DNA from: Harriotta raleighana | Taxonomy: Eukaryota | Assembly (NCBI GenBank): GCA_050575255.1 | Contig: JBNZDD010013726.1 | Location: 62,001-126,000, forward strand | Reading direction: 5' to 3' | Length of the DNA: 64,000 nt | In this document: piece by piece, positions 61,877 through 64,000 of the stretch | Numbering within the stretch: position 1 is the first letter of the stretch | Layout: the number at the start of each line of letters is the position of its first letter | The notes under the pieces: generated by a model | Told to the model about the DNA's origin: nothing | What the model saw: the letters and a program-made list of their open reading frames with translations, nothing else | Database searches by the model: none | Made by a program: the position numbers and the translations under genes

Positions 61877-63375
61877 AGATTTAGAATACAACCATTTTAA
61901 GTTCTTGGAATTTTACTAAATCTATGAAGATTCTCATACTGATTGAAGACCCATAAAAATTGGAACATTTGAATAGTTTGCAGCCAAACATAATCCTCTG
62001 CCAAAACTTTGAACCACATGATGCTATGTGTGGATAAAATCCAGCGTGTAACATTTAATCAATTTCACCTCCAGAAAAGTTGCCAATCCTTCTTCTAATA
62101 ATGTGTCTTTGGGTAGAATGACACTATTGTAGTCTGCCCAATCATATTTATCTTTTAGAAAATGGAACCAACATTTACAGAACACAAACCACAATAATAT
62201 CATGCTGCCCATAATCCTTCTGCTGTGAGCAATTTGTCTGCCACGTTTCACCCACAAATATACAGTCAATTTTTTCCTACTTCCCTTCCCCCGACCCTGA
62301 CTCTGCCCCCCCCGCTCTGATCCCTACTTGACTGTACAGCACCTTATATAGCGTGAAAGGCGCTATACAAATGTAATTTTGATTGATTGTTGGTAGGGCA
62401 GCATTTCCTTATGGTGAAAAGAGTGTATCACCAGAAGCTGGGTATATCTCAACACATCAGCAGATAGGTTCTAACACTTGGTGAAAGATCATGTTAGTAA
62501 GCTAACATCTGAAGTGTACCATTCTTGAAACAGATAAACTTTATGTTTTTAAATATATACCGTGTGTTATTTTAGTGTATGATTTAACAAAATGTAACGC
62601 AAATGCTAAAACTGAATTTCCATATATAATTGGCAGTGGTTTGCAAATTTTTTCTTTCTAAATCTGATTATTTATAGCAGTTGCCACTAGTTTCAGTTCA
62701 AAGTTATAATCTACAAGTTATAAATGATCATGCTAGTATGTGTAGATATTGTAACTAGATGGAATGGAATTGGATTGTTCTTACAATTATCTAGCATGAT
62801 GTATTGACAGTGTGGCTGTAACTAGAGTTCGGGGAATAACCTGTTTGAAAGAAAAATCATGTGTAAAAAAATTTATGCTAATGTAAGGCATAAATTGATG
62901 TTTGGAGATGTTCAGATTCTTTTGTGCAGATACCATATCTGTAACATGGGTAAATTAATTTAGATGAAAATATTCCAAAAAAGGATGATGCTCAAGATAT
63001 AATTGTTAGTTCACATCACTATTTGTTCTAGTTTTTAGTTGCCTAATCTCTCATTAGGAAAGTCAAAATTGAGTTATAAGATTGATATATTCATGATATT
63101 TTTTACAATTGGTCAACTTATTAACAGAATATTTTCAAAAAAATGCTAATGGTTTCTAATGGTAGAACATAAAAAAGTTTTATCCCAAAATGTGACACCA
63201 AGACCTCAGCTTTGCTTGCTGGCTGTTGCAGTCATTCATTACCCTCTGGGTAAAGATTATGCTGGTGGTATGACAAGTGGAGGCAGTTTAATTATTTTGC
63301 ACCTTATTTATTGGAACATCAGCAGCTGGATCCTAACAATTGGACATGTGGTTGGATCCTAACACTGGGTTTGAC

Positions 63376-63381
63376 AATAAA
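63376..63381 (+). terminator. Candidate SYNPO2L polyadenylation signal AATAAA
   Basis: AATAAA about 1.5 kb after the stop codon. Confidence 0.35.
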
Positions 63382-64000
63382 GCAATGTAATACAGTAAGT
63401 AAACGAGACTATTTGATCTGAATGATTTGTACTAAAGTTAAATTCAGATAACTCTGTAATTTCTTAGTACATATATCAAATACCAACATCTATAACAGAT
63501 CTCATCAGGGAGTAATGAGCTTACATTCTAAGATGGTATAGTACATATGGAAATATGATTTGTTGCAGTTTCATTCTTAAATGAATGGCATACAACTACG
63601 GACTGTATTTTATACCTTAATGTGGTCCTGTCACCATATTAAGATGAATGAGGATAAAATGCAAGATTAGTATATTAGTAAGAATGGCAAGAAAATGTGA
63701 TATTGATTGAAATGTGAGGATGAGATGGAACACTGGATGGTCAGGGTTTCTGTAAGTTGAGACGGAGGCAGAGTAAATACTACTGGCATTAGTAGGCATG
63801 AGCAGTAAATGGCTAAGCCATAATGTCTGATATTGCAAAGGGAAAGATTTGCAATTTTTTTTTCCATTAAATCACAATGTGACCAACAAAAAGCTCATGA
63901 AGAACTAACTTGAAGTGTATACAATTCAATGCAGTTAATGTGAGATTTTTTTTTTACACACACGTACATTTCCAAACTTTAATTACTCTAATTTTGCAAA

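Overview
Eukaryotic (vertebrate) genomic DNA. The repeat content (DeuSINE-like tRNA SINEs, L2/CR1 LINE remnants, Penelope-like ends) suggests a cartilaginous fish, probably a chimaera; this is inference. The window holds the conserved FUT11-SEC24C-SYNPO2L block. (1) FUT11 coding exon 1 and promoter (- strand, 1586-2335; the gene continues off the left edge). (2) Complete SEC24C (- strand): a non-coding first exon near 43.6 kb and 22 constitutive coding exons (32471 to 7293, 1123 aa by my phase-checked splice model), plus a 69-nt cassette exon and a candidate 93-nt cassette exon. (3) Complete SYNPO2L (+ strand, 4 exons, 46399-61876, about 1274 aa), head-to-head with SEC24C. Introns and intergenic DNA are rich in SINEs, LINE remnants and TA-flanked MITEs. 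Six single-N positions are each flanked by duplicated sequence and look like assembly artefacts. I do not see a new multi-gene biological system. The best leads are the 93-nt in-frame SEC24C exon, a tiny uORF abutting the SEC24C start codon, a 27-nt coding minisatellite (PYSPPPSTT) in SYNPO2L, a perfect 29-bp SINE-derived hairpin, an unclassified old repeat pair, and a candidate internal muscle promoter in SYNPO2L.
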